A stretch of 64,000 nucleotides of DNA, taken from assembly GCF_020745735.1 (NCBI RefSeq), contig NC_083413.1:70680001-70744000 (forward strand), read 5' to 3'. The translations under genes and the position numbers were made by a program. Each line of letters starts with the position of its first letter. The first letter of the stretch is position 1. The notes under the pieces were generated by a model. The model was not told the DNA's origin, did not search any database, and was given only the letters and a program-made list of their open reading frames with translations. Below are positions 12,781 to 25,618 of this stretch, in pieces. The DNA is from Hemiscyllium ocellatum. Lineage: Eukaryota.

Positions 12781-13539
12781 AGTGTGTAAGACTCTAATAT
12801 CATAGCCCTATCAGTTGTTAGTGTCATGAATAAAGTCCTGATACCCAACGCAAGATGAACCAGATTATATGTAGATAACTGAAAATGTCTTACCATAAGC
12901 GTATGGTGGCACTATGTGAGTATTAGAAGACAATGATAGCAAGCGTGGACTAAAAGCTGGTGAGAGCACAGGGGACTAAGAACTGGTCATAACAGTTAGT
13001 TAACAGTAGTGCGTGGGCTGCAAAAGGGAGAGCAAAGTGAAAGATATTTTCCCAAATAGTTATCCATTAATCTGTTGGAGTTCAAATCTACCAATACAAC
13101 CAAAGATTAAAGACTGCAACCTACACAGAATGCTACACGTCTCTCTCTTTAAGGACAAAAACAAACTTAAGATGCTGCTGATCCAATAAAAGAAAGGACT
13201 TTAAAGTAGTCCTGAACTAACAGCTCTAAAGAATTCCTGCAGAAAGTACAGCTTAAAAAACATGAGAAACATGGTTTTCAGAAGGTTTTATCTCCATCCA
13301 AATGATATACCCCAAAAGGAATGGTCAACGTGTACTACATGCAACTATTATCCCTTTATGTGAGACAGGATGTATTCAGGAAACTGGCTCAGTGTAGTGC
13401 AGTCCATAGTAGATTAGGTAACTGGCTATAACAGGTCTGACATCCCAGGCACTGGAATTATCTGTCTGAAATATCATTACAGATCCTCAAGGTGGTCACC
13501 TGAAACCAATTACATTATTAATCAGATGGATACTCTATC

Positions 13540-15330
13540 ATTGGCCTATCTGCAGTCTTGGATCTCCACATTATGACAATCAATGAGGTGACGAATCAGT
13601 CAGTTGCAGTAACAAGATCCCAGAGCGCATCATCGAGCTGAAATGTTTTGATCAGAATTGGGCAGAGTTGGGTGTCAAGTGCAGCCATGTGCATTTCAAT
13701 GCCAGAAGCGACTCGCACCTTCTTTAATGCTTTGCATCAGCAGATAGTCCTTTTCTCTCTAGGCAGAATGAGTTGCCAGTTCCTATTAATGCTTGTTAAA
13801 TACCTTGCTAACAGATCAACTTGCCTCATTAATAATCAGTGCCCCATCTTATCAAACTTGCCAAACAAGCTCAATGTTAGGAAAATTTGGCAAGAAAATC
13901 AGACCGAGCACCTGCTGGATTCAGCTCATCGCTTCCACTCAACAACATTGATGTTGGAAACAAGGCTTCAACATCACAGGACACACTCCATGGACACTGT
14001 ACACAGGCAGCCCATATCCACTGACATTGGCTAATGAGGTGTGCCAGTCTCAAAGGATCCTTGTGACATTGCTCAAGTCCACTTGCAGAATGCTTCAGCA
14101 CTTCTATGCTGCAGTATCAATTATCATTGTAATGCTGCAGCACGGACACTGTACAGTGAGGCACATGCACCCAGTTCATGGAATAGACCAGACTTCATCT
14201 CCAGGATCTTTGTTTGCTCCCATAGTGCTCTGAACTCATGCTTTTTGCTGTTTGCCCTCTCAGCCAGAGATATCGTGCTCATATCAGCAAGAAGACACAA
14301 TGACTTTTGGTGTTGCAGCCAATGATGCTGACATCTCATGAATGAATAAAAAAATAAATACTGGAAGGTACCAGTTGGTCTACACGACTTGTTCCTGAGC
14401 TGCATATCTTCTGTAACCTTCTGTAATTCTTTATTATTTCTTAGCTCCACATGTATTGAGTCTGACTTTCTAAGCGAATATTGTTTTTAATTGCTGCATT
14501 TACAATATTCTTAATCTGGACTAGCCCACCTTCTTTTCCATTGCCCTATTTTTTCTGAAAGTGTATATGAATATATAATTTCGAGTCTTGGTAATACAGT
14601 TCATTTCCACTTGTTCCATCAATTTGTGCATCTTGTTAGAGATGTTGCATGTAACCATTTATAGCACCTTTCATTTTAATTTTCAACAGTGTTCCCTGCT
14701 TTGACCTCAGTTGCTAATATCTAACTACCATTGTTAAAATCACTGTTCTTTCTTGTTGCCATCTTCTTGACTTTATCGAACTCGCTTCTCTGCTCCTCAG
14801 ACATGTCATTTCCCTTCAGACGTTTAGCTTTTAGTTACCCGAACTCTGCGTTTCACTTAATCATTTATTTGTGGGTCTGTGAGCCAAACAAATAATTTGT
14901 CAAGATTCAAAAGAGGCAATTTTGAGTTGAGACTGACTTTGGTTGGGGTAGTGCACAGAGTAATTGTGTATCCTGCCCAAGGCCCTTAACAAGAGGTCTG
15001 AGTCACCCTGAGTCCCGCACCTCATTTGCTTCATTCCAGTGAGTTGTGTATGAGGAACTATGATGCATTTACTGATGGACAGGGGAAGACATTGCTGCAG
15101 TGCTAACACACACTTTCTTGATAATCCCACAAACTGGAGTGTCAACACAGTGATAACAACTACAGCATGTTTCCAGGGCAACAATGACACATTCTTGAAG
15201 GGAACAGACTTGCAAATCTGGACCCAGTGTTTCCTGTACTTTCCACTCAATCATACCTTAATGCTACTTTCAAATGTGATTCACTGGGACACCAGCATTT
15301 GGCTGGATTGTTTAGTTTGCAGTCATAAAC
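13540..15330 (-). pseudogene. Probable highly decayed hAT-family transposase remnants, split by a CR1 endonuclease fragment
   Basis: Minus-strand translations include ELGACASLYSVRAAAL (cf. the hAT LCPTRWTVRA motif), ALKKVRV (cf. C-terminal ALRRVK) and a Cys/Trp-containing N-terminal segment at 14900-15250; many stops and frameshifts. Confidence 0.35.
14415..14690 (-). mobile_element. Old CR1 APE-endonuclease fragment
   Basis: Minus strand carries decayed NK..L, YTFRK.R..KEGG and VELRNNK motifs in CR1 endonuclease order. Confidence 0.5.
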
Positions 15331-17140
15331 ATTGAAGTATGAGCATATCATGTACTGAGCAAATAATCTAAAGTGTACATCAAATCTAACTGATGAAATG
15401 TACATTCACATGCTGATATCAGTGGTTTGCTGATCGTTGCTATGGTCCCACTGCATGCACCAAGTTCCCATCAGAATTGGCCTCTATCTGACTAGCCATA
15501 CATTATTGCATTGTAAAAGGGGAATATTGCATATGTAGCAGTTATCATCTGATAACACAGAATACTATAATCAACCTCAACACCATAAAAATATCTCGAG
15601 AGTCACATCCAGGCCATCTTAATTCACACAGGGCTGCTGAGTACTAATAGTTCCATCACTTAAGAAAAACATTTCCGCATTTCAGCATCACTGGTTAGAT
15701 ATTATCCATACAATCCTGCTAGGATGTTGTTTTAATTATTATTTCTGTTGGAACAATTACAATTCACAGAGTCATACAGGAGAGAAACAGACCCTCCTGT
15801 CCAACTCACCCATGCTGACCAAATTAGTCCCACTTCCCTATAAATCTTTCCTATTCATGTACTTATCCAAACATCTTTTAAATATTGTAACTGTACCTGT
15901 GTCCATCACTTCCTCTGACAGTTCATTCTACACACAACTCCCTCTCAGTATAAAATTATTGCCCTTCATGAACTCCTCCACCTGAGGGAAATGACCCTTG
16001 CTATTCAGCTCATCAATGCTCTTCATGATTTTATGAATTTTTATATGGTCATCCTTCAACCTCCTATGGTCCAGTAAATAAAATTGTAGCTTATCCAGCC
16101 CATCTTTATAATTCAAATGTTCCATTCCTGGTAGCATTTTGGTAAATCTTTTCTGAACCATCTCCAATTTAATAATATCCTTCCTATAACAGGGTGACCA
16201 AATCTATACACAGTATTCCAGAAGAGGCCTCACCAATGTCCTGTACAACCTCAAATGACATCCCAACTCCTATACTCAAAGATCTGAGCAATGAATGTAA
16301 GCATGCTAAATGCCTTCTTAACCACCCTGTGATCCAAATTTCAAAGAATTATGTGAACCCTTAGGTCTTTCTGTTCTACAACACTACCCAGGGCCCTACC
16401 ATTAACTGCCCTTGTTTATTTTACCAAAATGCAATGCCTCACATTTATCCAAATTAAACTCTAACTTCCACTCCTCAGCTCATTGATCCAATTGATCAAG
16501 ATCTCTCTGTAATCTTAGATAAACCTTCTTTACTGCCCAGTATACCATCAATTTTGGTGTAATCTACAACCTTACGAACTGCTCATCCAAATCATTGACA
16601 TAAATGACAAACAAAAGTGGACCCAGCACCAACCCTTTCCGGACCACTGCTGGTCACAGGCCTGCTGTGTGAAAAACAGCCCTCCACCACCACTGTCTGC
16701 CTCTAACCATCAAACCAAATTTGTATCCAATTGGCAAACTCTACCCAAATTCCAGATGATTTAACTTTACTAATTAGTCTACCATGCAGAACCTTTTTCA
16801 AAGTCCTTTACTAAAGTCCATGCAAACTACATTTACTGCTCAATCATTTTGGTTACTTACTCAATAAGTCATGGTGACTGTCCTCAATCAGTCCTTGCCT
16901 CTCTAAATGCATGTAAATCCTATCACTCAGAGTGACCTCCAACAACTTGCCCGCCACTGATGTCAAACTCACAGGTCTATAGTCTCCAATTTGTTTCCTT
17001 ACTGCATTTCTTAAATAAAGGCATAACATTAGCCACCGTCCAGTCCTCCGGCACTTCACCCATGTTAATAGATAATACAAATATCTCTGTTAAGCACTCC
17101 TCACTTTCTTCCCTAACTTCCCGCAGCATCTTGGGATGCC

Positions 17141-19925
17141 ATCAGACCATAAGACATAGGAGCACAAATTAGGCCATTCAGCCCATTGAGTCTGTTCTAC
17201 CATTCAATCATGGCTGATAAGTTTCTCAACCCCATTCTCCCACTTTCTCCCTGCAATCCTTGATCCCCTTAATACTCAAGAACCTAAATATCTCAGTCTT
17301 AAGTATATTTGATAATGTGGCCTCCACAATCTTCTATAGCAATGATTTTCATAGATTCATCACTCTCTGGCTGAAGACGTTTCGCCTTATCTCTATTCTG
17401 AAAGATCTTCCCTTTACTCTAAAGCTGTGCCTTTAGGTCATAGTTTCTCCTACCAATGGAAACATCTTCCCAATATTCTCTGTCCAGGCCATTCAGTATT
17501 CTGTGTGTTTCAATTAGAAACCCCATACTTCTAAACTCCATCAAGTATAAACCCAGAGTCCTCAAATGGTCCTTGTTTGTTAGGTTTTTCATTCCAGGGA
17601 CTATTTTTGTGAACCTCTTCTGAACACACTCCATGGCTAGGACATCTTTCCTGAGATAGGGGGCCCAAAACTGCACACAATACACCAATTAGAGCCTCAG
17701 AAGTATATCCCTGCTTTCATATTCAAGTCCTCTAAACAGAAATGCCATCCTAACTACTTCCTACTTCCGAACTACTGACTCAACCTGTAAATTTACTTTG
17801 AGAGAATCCAGGACTAAAACTGCCAAGTCTCTTTGCATTCAGACTTCTGAACTTTCTCCCCATTTAGGAAATAGCCCATGCCTCTGTTCTTCCTAATCCA
17901 CACTTTCCCACATTGTACTCCATCTATCACTTCTTTGCCCACTCTCCTAACCTGTGCAAATCCTTGTGCAACCTTCACACTTATTCAATGATACCTATCC
18001 CTCTCCCTACCTTTGTATCATCTGCATACCTAGCCATAATGCCTTCAGTTCCTTCATCTGGACTGTTATTGTATAATGTGAAAAGTTGTGTTCCCAACAC
18101 TGAGCCTTACAGGACACCACTTGTCACTGGCTATCATCCTGAGAAGGACCCTTTTATCCCCATTCTCTGCTTTCTGCCAGATAGTCAAGCTTCTAGCCAT
18201 GCTAGCACCTTGCCTCAAACACCATGGGCCCTTATCTTACTCAGTAGTCTCCGGCGCCTCGTCAAAGGCCTTCTTGAAGTCCAGGTAGATAACATCCATT
18301 GGCTCTCCTTGATCTAACCTGCTCGTTATTTCCTCAAAGAATTCTAGCAGATTTGTCAAGCATGACCTCCTCTTTGATAAAACCATGCTGACTTTGCCCT
18401 ATTTTACCATACATTTCCAAGTATTCATCCTTCTAGGATCTTATCCATAACTGAGGTTAAGCTAATCAGTTTGTAATTTTCCATTTTCTGCCTTTCTCCC
18501 TTTGTAAATAAGGGTGTCACATTAGTGATTTTCCCATCCTCTTGAACTCTCCCTGATTCTAGTGATTCCTGAAAGACCACCACTAACACCTCCACTATCT
18601 CTTCAGCTATCTCCCTTAGAACTTTGGGGTGTAGCCCATCTGTTCCTGGTGATTTATCCATCTTCAGACCATTCAGTTTTTCTAGCACCTTCTCCTTGTT
18701 AATGGCCACCATTCTCAGCTCTACCCCCTCATGGGGCGGCACGGTGGCTCAGTGGTCAGCACAGCTGCCTCATAGTGCCAGGGACCAGGGTTCAATTCCA
18801 GCCTCAGGTGACTGTCAGTGTGGAGATTGCACATTTTCCCGTGTCTGTGTAGGTTTCCTTTGGGTGATCCAGTTTCCTACCACAATCCAACAGATGTGCG
18901 GGTCAGGTGAATTGGTCATGCTAAATTGCCCATAGTGTTAGGTGCATTAGTCAGGGGTAAATGTGGGGAATGGGCCTGGGTAGGTTACTCTTCGGAGGGT
19001 CAATGTGAACTTGTTGGGCCAAAGGGCCTGTTTACGTAGGTAATTTAATCTAATCACTTTCTTGATGTTTTGGGATATTACTTTTGTCTTCCATCGTGAA
19101 GACTGATGTGAAGTAATTATTCAGTTCCTGAGCCATGTCCTTGTTCCTCACTAATATATCACTAGCATCATCTTTCAGTGGCCCAATATCCACTTTTGCC
19201 TCACTTTTGCCCTTTATATATCTAATGAAACTCTTACAGCCTTCCTTTATATTACCGGCTAGCTTACCCTCTTATTTAATCTTTTCCCTCCTTATTCATT
19301 TTTTGTTGCCCTTTGTTGATTTTTGTAAGCTTCCCAATCCTTTGGGTTTTTTTTTTCGTGCCCTTCACCACATTATATGCTTTCTCTTTTGCTTTTATGC
19401 TATCCCTGACTTCCATAGTCAGCCATGGTTGCCTCATCCTCCCTGTACCATGCTTCTTTTTCCTCAGGATGAATCTCTATTGCATCTCCTGAATTACTCC
19501 CAGGAATTCCCGCCATTGCTGTCCCACTGCCTTTCCTGTGAGGCTCCACTCCCAGTCAGTTCTACCGAGCTCCTCCCTCATGCCTCTGTAGTTGCCTTTA
19601 TTCATCTATAATACCATTTCCTCTGATTCTATCTTCTCCCTCTCAAATTGCACAGTAAATTCAATCATATTATGATCACTGCCTCCTCAGGGTTCCTTCA
19701 CCTTAAGCTCCCTTATCAAGCCTGCCTCATTGCACAACACTATATCCAGTATTGCCTGCTCCCTCGTAGGGTCCACCACAAGCTGCTCCAAAAAGCCATC
19801 TTGTAGACAATCCACAAGTTCCTTTTCTTGCAATCCACTACCAATCTGATTTTCCCAGTCCACATGCATGCTGAAATGCTGCATCATTACTGTAATTTTG
19901 CCTTTCCTACTCATCTTTTCTGTCT
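17141..19925 (-). mobile_element. Nested CR1 LINE (different subfamily), endonuclease to 3' tail, with internal deletions
   Basis: Tail cataagacatagg at the left end; ORFs 17419-17688, 18425-18742 (KSPGTDGLHPKVL) and 19687-19914 (PTREQAILD). Confidence 0.9.
18733..19053 (+). mobile_element. HE1-type SINE inside the nested CR1
   Basis: ggggcggcacggtggctcagtgg head, ggttcaattcc B box, tail taatctaatc. Confidence 0.92.
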
Positions 19926-21284
19926 CCTCGACACACTTGAACAGGTCCCGGAGATTTATCCACCTTTATGTTTTTTATTAAGACCTCCAGCACTTATTTT
20001 TCTGTAATATGAACTGTTTTCAAAACATCAATATTTATTTCCCCAAGTTCTTTTGCCGCTACTGCCTTCTCCATGGTAAAAACTGACGCAAAATATTAAG
20101 TTAATATTTCATCTCCTGAGGTTCAACACCTAGACAACATCATTGATCTTTAAGGGACCCTATTCTCTCCCTGGTTGCTCCTTTGCTCTTAACATATTTG
20201 TCGAATCTCTTTGAATTATTCTTAACCTTACCTGCCAAGGTTGTAAGAAATTATTTTAAATAACAATATTTATTTACATTGAAGTTTGCTCTGTCGAAAT
20301 CAATCCCTTATTCTGTTTTATCAGTTCAGCAAAACTATGAGAGCTGAAACTATAGCCACATTTTAGCAATCACTATAGTTTTGTTTGAATGCATTATAAG
20401 TTATGATATGGAAAAAGAAATACTTTTGTGTTAATTAGATTTTAGCAATCAAGTTCAACTTTAAGAGCTTGAAATTGCCCATAATCAAAGCAAAAAAAAA
20501 TCTGTCAAGCAACTTGTTTGTGCGATCTCCTTGTCAGTCTAAGGTTGGGCCATTACATAACATGGATCCCATTTGAAATCGTCCATGCAAAGTACAGATG
20601 CCCCTCTATCAGCTATAGGCTATAGGATGCTTGTCAGCTCAAATACTCAGCAGACCAAAAGAATTTGCTGGAGGGAAGAAATGCATTGGCAAGGTGGAAG
20701 AAGTGAGACCTCCAATGACAATGGCCTGCAATATTTCTGCTCAGCAGGCCAGTCTCACTTGGCAGCCAATCCACCTTTGGGGAGATGCAGTGTGAGCATC
20801 GTGCCCAAAATTCCCTCCAAGCCTTCAGTTTGCACTATAAACCAACAGGTGAAACAAGGTTGAAATTCTCAATCTTCCAAATTTTGAACATGTTGCTGAT
20901 GAATATTCTCCCTACAAAAGCTACAAAAAGAAGGGTTACTTTGCATTTATGTAATTTCTTTTATTTTAGAGTCTTCTTTGAAAAGAAAGCTGCATCAAAT
21001 CTACACCAAAGTCCAAATAATTCACAACATATTGATGCCATGGTGAGACTCGTGGCCTCCTTCTGTGCAGTTTGATGCTAAGCTATGTCTTATCTCTGCA
21101 AATGTTAAGGGCATCAAGTGTTTCAAACCTGTCTGAAGAGAAAGAAGGAAGGATGGACCAGTTCCTGGAAGATCTGGGATTCATGCACTAAACATAACTT
21201 GTGGCACTTTTTGCAGTAAACCAAGTCTTCCCAATAAACGCTGACAGGAAGTTGCTGCAAATTAGGGCCCAGGATGAAAATGAG

Positions 21285-21785
21285 GAGAAAACATTCAATG
21301 TTTTGGCCTCAACCACTTTCCCTGGCAGAGAATTCCACAGGCACACCACTCGCTGTCTGAAGAAATGTTTCCTCATCTCAATCCTAAGTGGCCATATCCT
21401 TAAATTGTGACCTGTGGTTCTGAACTCCTGGTCACTGGGAACATCCTGCCTGTGTTTATTCTGTCTAGTCCGGTTTGAACTTCATAGATTTCTATGAGAT
21501 CTCACCTCATTCTTTTGAACTCCTGTGGATAAGGTTCTTACTGACCATGTCTTCATACATCAGTTTTACCATTCAAGGAATCAGTCTGGAAAACTTTCAT
21601 TCCATAACAAGAGCATTCCTACTCAAACAAGGAGACTATTACTGCTCACTTTACTCCAAGTGGAGCCTCATCCAGGCCCTTTTTGACTGCAGCAAGACAT
21701 CTCTGTTCCTGGACTCAAATCCTCTCACTATGAGGGTCAATATACTATTTGCCTCCTTCATTGCCTGCTGCATCTCTGTACATTT
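21285..21785 (-). mobile_element. CR1 3' ORF2 fragment
   Basis: ORF 21188-21376 (MRKHFFRQRVVCLWNSLPGKVVEAKTLNVF). Confidence 0.8.
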
Positions 21786-21927
21786 ATAAGAAAAATACAA
21801 TGAAATGTGTTATAAGTTGCCCTACGATTATACCGAAATTAGTTTTTACTAACAAAGTGGGATAATTAAAATGTACTTCATCTGCCATACATTGACTTTG
21901 TCTAAGTCTGAGTTACGTTTTGTTTTC

Positions 21928-24560
21928 TGGATGGATTTTTCACCCATGAGGCCGAGAGGGATTTCTTATCCTATCATACCAAACTCACCTTGTTAACTGC
22001 TGACCACGCCCCACGTTTGTTTTCTCTCATGCCTTATTTCCACCCCATCTTCCCAAGTGCCGTTCACATCTCTCAGCAGTTACTAACCAAAACCTTGTGC
22101 CCGCATCATCTTTAAAAGACATTGTGTAACCAGAGGAGCACTGGTGCTCTGAGGCTGCCCTGCCCAGTCAAGGATTGTGTCCGTTCAAGCCAGATGGTAT
22201 AGGAAAAAATGATATAGCAATCCTCCGATAGGGACCTAGAATGCCTGGTGGATGGGATGGTCAGAAGAAGAGGTAGCAGTTCAGCAGAAAATGCCACGTC
22301 ACCAGACCTTACCAGCAGGATCTGAAGTCAGTACCCTCTCCAGCAGAATAGCCAGCAATGTAGAAAGAAGGTAAATTCCCTCCTCTGCTGGGCCAGGGTA
22401 ATTGCCCCAGTCTTCCCTCTGCCACCTCACACTCTCTCCAGTTACTGCACACATCTCAGACTCACAGTCCTGCCACTCTCAATATTGCATGTAATGCCTT
22501 CTATCACTCACACTCCCAGCCCCACTCAACTTCCTACACCACTGCAACAGCATCTGTGCAGCCTCCCCAGTCCTTTAGTACACTTCACCGCATGCACCAG
22601 GAATGCCAGCTGTGTGTCCCCCCCAACTGCAATCTCACTTATTCCCCCACCCTTATTCTCACTGTGGGAGAAAACAGCTATAACTGGGCAGAGGGAGAGA
22701 GAACCTGGATGGGTGGAGGGGTGACCTCAGTTCCACTGTAGAAAGAATACTGGCCTTTGCAGGAGAAGACCAGAAGCCACCTCTAACACCTCTGAGGGTA
22801 TGAGTACCTGCGTCTTAGAGGGAGCAGCAGCAAGGCTGCTCCTGTAGCCCCATCAGCCCAGATATGACAGCTGAGGGGGAAACATGGGTATAGCATACCT
22901 CATTGCACAGCCCCATAGGTGGCTGGAAAATAAGCCCCAAAACGTTGGCACTCAGAGCACTATCGAAGACTAGACATTTGCTTAGCCCCAGACAGAGGTG
23001 GCTTATTGACATGCACAGAGAGAAACAGCAGCATCAGCAGTAGCAGAAAAGTATGTGGGATGTATTGGCCCTCAATGCCCTGAAGCTGCTGAACTGAATC
23101 CTGTGACTGTCTGCCTGTTTCCATGGACAGCTTGGCAGTTGTCATGGACCACAAGGCCCAGCATTCTGAGGGGCTGCTGGAGAAATGGACACCCCTGCAG
23201 TCTGTGATCTCATCCATTAGTCCTCAGGACTGAAGACATGGCAACAGTGGGCCGGGGGATATTGAACCCAGTCTAGGTGCCCTCTCTTCACGAAAAAAGA
23301 CAGGGCAGTGCCAGGGGACACCCAGCTGGAAGTGGAATCATACCCAGGACCCTCTGCCCTTTCCACTTAGGACACTGCAGAGATGGCCAGACTGTGTAGT
23401 CCCTGCCGAGCCCCCTCAGACCCTTGCACTTTCAATCCGAGAACAAGCAATTTGTCTGTGGACTCCGTTATTGATGGGTGCATCCATTAACTTGATTGAG
23501 GGCTATTCCCAACGCTGATACATGGCTGTTGGCATGGGATGCGGGGGAGATTAACGTTACACCAAGCTGTTCTCTCTTACTTTTTTATCTGGGGTGGTGG
23601 CAAAGTGGCTCAGTGATTAGTACTGCTGCCTCACAGCACCAGGAACCCAGGTTCGACTCTAGCCTTTGGCGACTGTCTGTGTGGAGTCTGCACATTCTCC
23701 CCGCGTCTGTGCGGGTTTCATCCGGGTGCGCCAGTTTTCTTCCGCATTCCAAAGGTGTGCAGGTCAGGTGAATTGGCCATGCTAAATTGCCCATAGTGTT
23801 CAGGGATGTGTAGGCTAAGTACATTAGTCAGGGGTAAATGTAGAGCAATAGGGTAGGGGTACAGTTCTGGGTGGATTACTCTTCAAAAATTGGTATGGAC
23901 TTGTTGGGCTGAAGGCCCTGTTTCCACACTGTAGGGATTCTATGATTCTGTGACCCCTTGTCTGAGGACTGCTAAACAACAAAGTAAACTGCGTGTTTTT
24001 TGTGACTTGGTTAACTGGCACTGCAGGGCAAGGCAAGGATGTTGTGAGCAAGCAGCGCTAAGCATGCAAGTACTAAGGGAGCAATTGAGCATCCCTGAAA
24101 TACAGCCTAATTCAGTGATAGAGCTGGGTGCCTAACTCAGTCTGGAAAATGTCCCTGCTGCATCATTGCAATGCAAGATGCCGTGCAATGCCAGAGTGCT
24201 TCAACAGCATATTGCTAGTGCATCGTACAAATGCAAGTACGATCACAATGGGTTAGTGGATGGCAGATGTCAGTGTCCATGCATGAGGGGTGTTTGTATC
24301 TGGTGTCCATGGGGCGTGCTCTGGGCTGAAGGTTGGTTGCAGTCAGCATGGATGTTGCTCACATCATGGACGTTGAGTTCATCAGGATCTCACTCCAGTT
24401 TCCTTGTCATAGCTTTCACAATATTGAGCTTGTTTAGTGAGCTTTATAAGATGGGAGGCTGAATATAAATGAGGTGAGTTGTGGCACTAACCAGGCGTAC
24501 ACCAAGGGTCAATCAGAATCTCGATACTGCCCAGTGAGAATCTCACCATGCACTTGAGAA
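21928..24560 (+). mobile_element. Decayed PIF/Harbinger-like element carrying a Myb/SANT-like gene remnant
   Basis: 22221-22397 translates (with frameshifts) to SDRDLECLVDGMVRRR...QTLPA.SEV...QQCRKKVNSLL, followed by a GT donor at 22398; a second exon from 22668 gives EKTA.NWAEGERT..GGG. Both are typical of Harbinger Myb/SANT proteins. Ends approximate. Confidence 0.6.
23590..23948 (+). mobile_element. HE1-type SINE
   Basis: gtggctcagtgattagtactgctgcctcacag, ggttcgactc, standard core, tail gattctatgattct. Confidence 0.92.
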
Positions 24561-25394
24561 AAGATGGAATAAGATGATCTTTACTTTGAGATGAACCCTG
24601 CTGTACTTGTCACCAATTCTGCAACATACATCACCACGGCCCACATTGCTCAGACCCCTATAGGTTTCCACCGTGGAGATAAATATAATCAGTCCAAAAG
24701 ATCAACATCACGTAATCCCAGGAATTCTGCTTTCCAGGCGTTGTGGAGTCAGATGGAAGGCATTTCATTTCACACAGGGTAAACGGGCATAGGCGCCATG
24801 ATAACACCATCTGTGACAGTCTATCACCTGTCTCCAACTTTAGGCAAAAGGAACTTGACTTGGCAGTTCTATTCTTTTAGACAAAGAAATATGACACACG
24901 TTTAATAAAAATTGACAAAAGTTTTATGATTTAGTTTCCTAATTTTGTCAATATGAGTTAACACATCATTAACATCCGCACAATTGCGTGTCTAATTCTA
25001 CAAAGGACATCACTTTAGTGCTAATTGGAATGAGCTCTGCTTTATTGCAGAAGCTTTCACTGTCATAATATTTCCACTATGCAAACTCTGAGCCAATTTA
25101 CCTCTGTCAACCAAACAGATATGTTGATTTTCAAAGGTACACTTCAACACATCCATGTGTTTTCTATTGCTCACATATTCCTTTGAACCTCTTGGATATT
25201 TTCTCTTCATTATCCATTCAAGTGAGGTTTAATCCAATTGAATTCACAAACAATTCTTAATGATTTATCCAATAACTTGCATCCATATTGCATAGTTAAC
25301 ATATTAAAATAAGCTAAGACAAAACAAAAATTAACAATGAGCCAGAGAAGGAGATTTTATGACCGCGAAATGTAGGGTGGAATTTTACACGGGT

Positions 25395-25478
25395 CTTTGA
25401 TGAGATATGGTTATCATGGATAAGTTGGATCGAAGGGTCTGTTTCCATGCTATACAACTCTATAACTATATATATATA
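25395..25478 (+). mobile_element. CR1 3'UTR stub with (TA)n
   Basis: ggatcgaagggtctgtttccatgctatacaactctataactata followed by (ta)n. Confidence 0.7.
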
Positions 25479-25618
25479 TTGAAGAATCAGGTGATACCTG
25501 TGGGCAAGGCAACAAGTTAAGGTCATCTCACTCCATTTTTTTGTTTCTTTTAACAAACAGTGTGGCAAGATTCTCAATAGTCATCCTGTCTTTGAAATAT
25601 ATCCTCGTTCCTCTAATT

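Larger units (their letters stand above)
15765..20240 (-). mobile_element. CR1 LINE (host), interrupted at ~17140-19930 by a second CR1
   Basis: ORF2 remnants 15928-16167 and 16853-17080; sequence breaks at cagcatcttgggat (~17138) and resumes at acacttgaacaggtcccggagatttatcc (~19933, the KSPGP motif) in the same orientation. Confidence 0.85.

Noticed and set aside
12823-13431. TG...CA-bounded segment as a solo LTR
   Set aside because: No TSD match and no second copy in the window.
13648-14034. 128-aa + strand ORF
   Set aside because: Non-ATG start and no recognisable domain; it overlaps the putative minus-strand transposase fossil.
24911-24952. 10-bp inverted repeat attgacaaaa/ttttgtcaat
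   Set aside because: Short and AT-rich; expected by chance in 64 kb.
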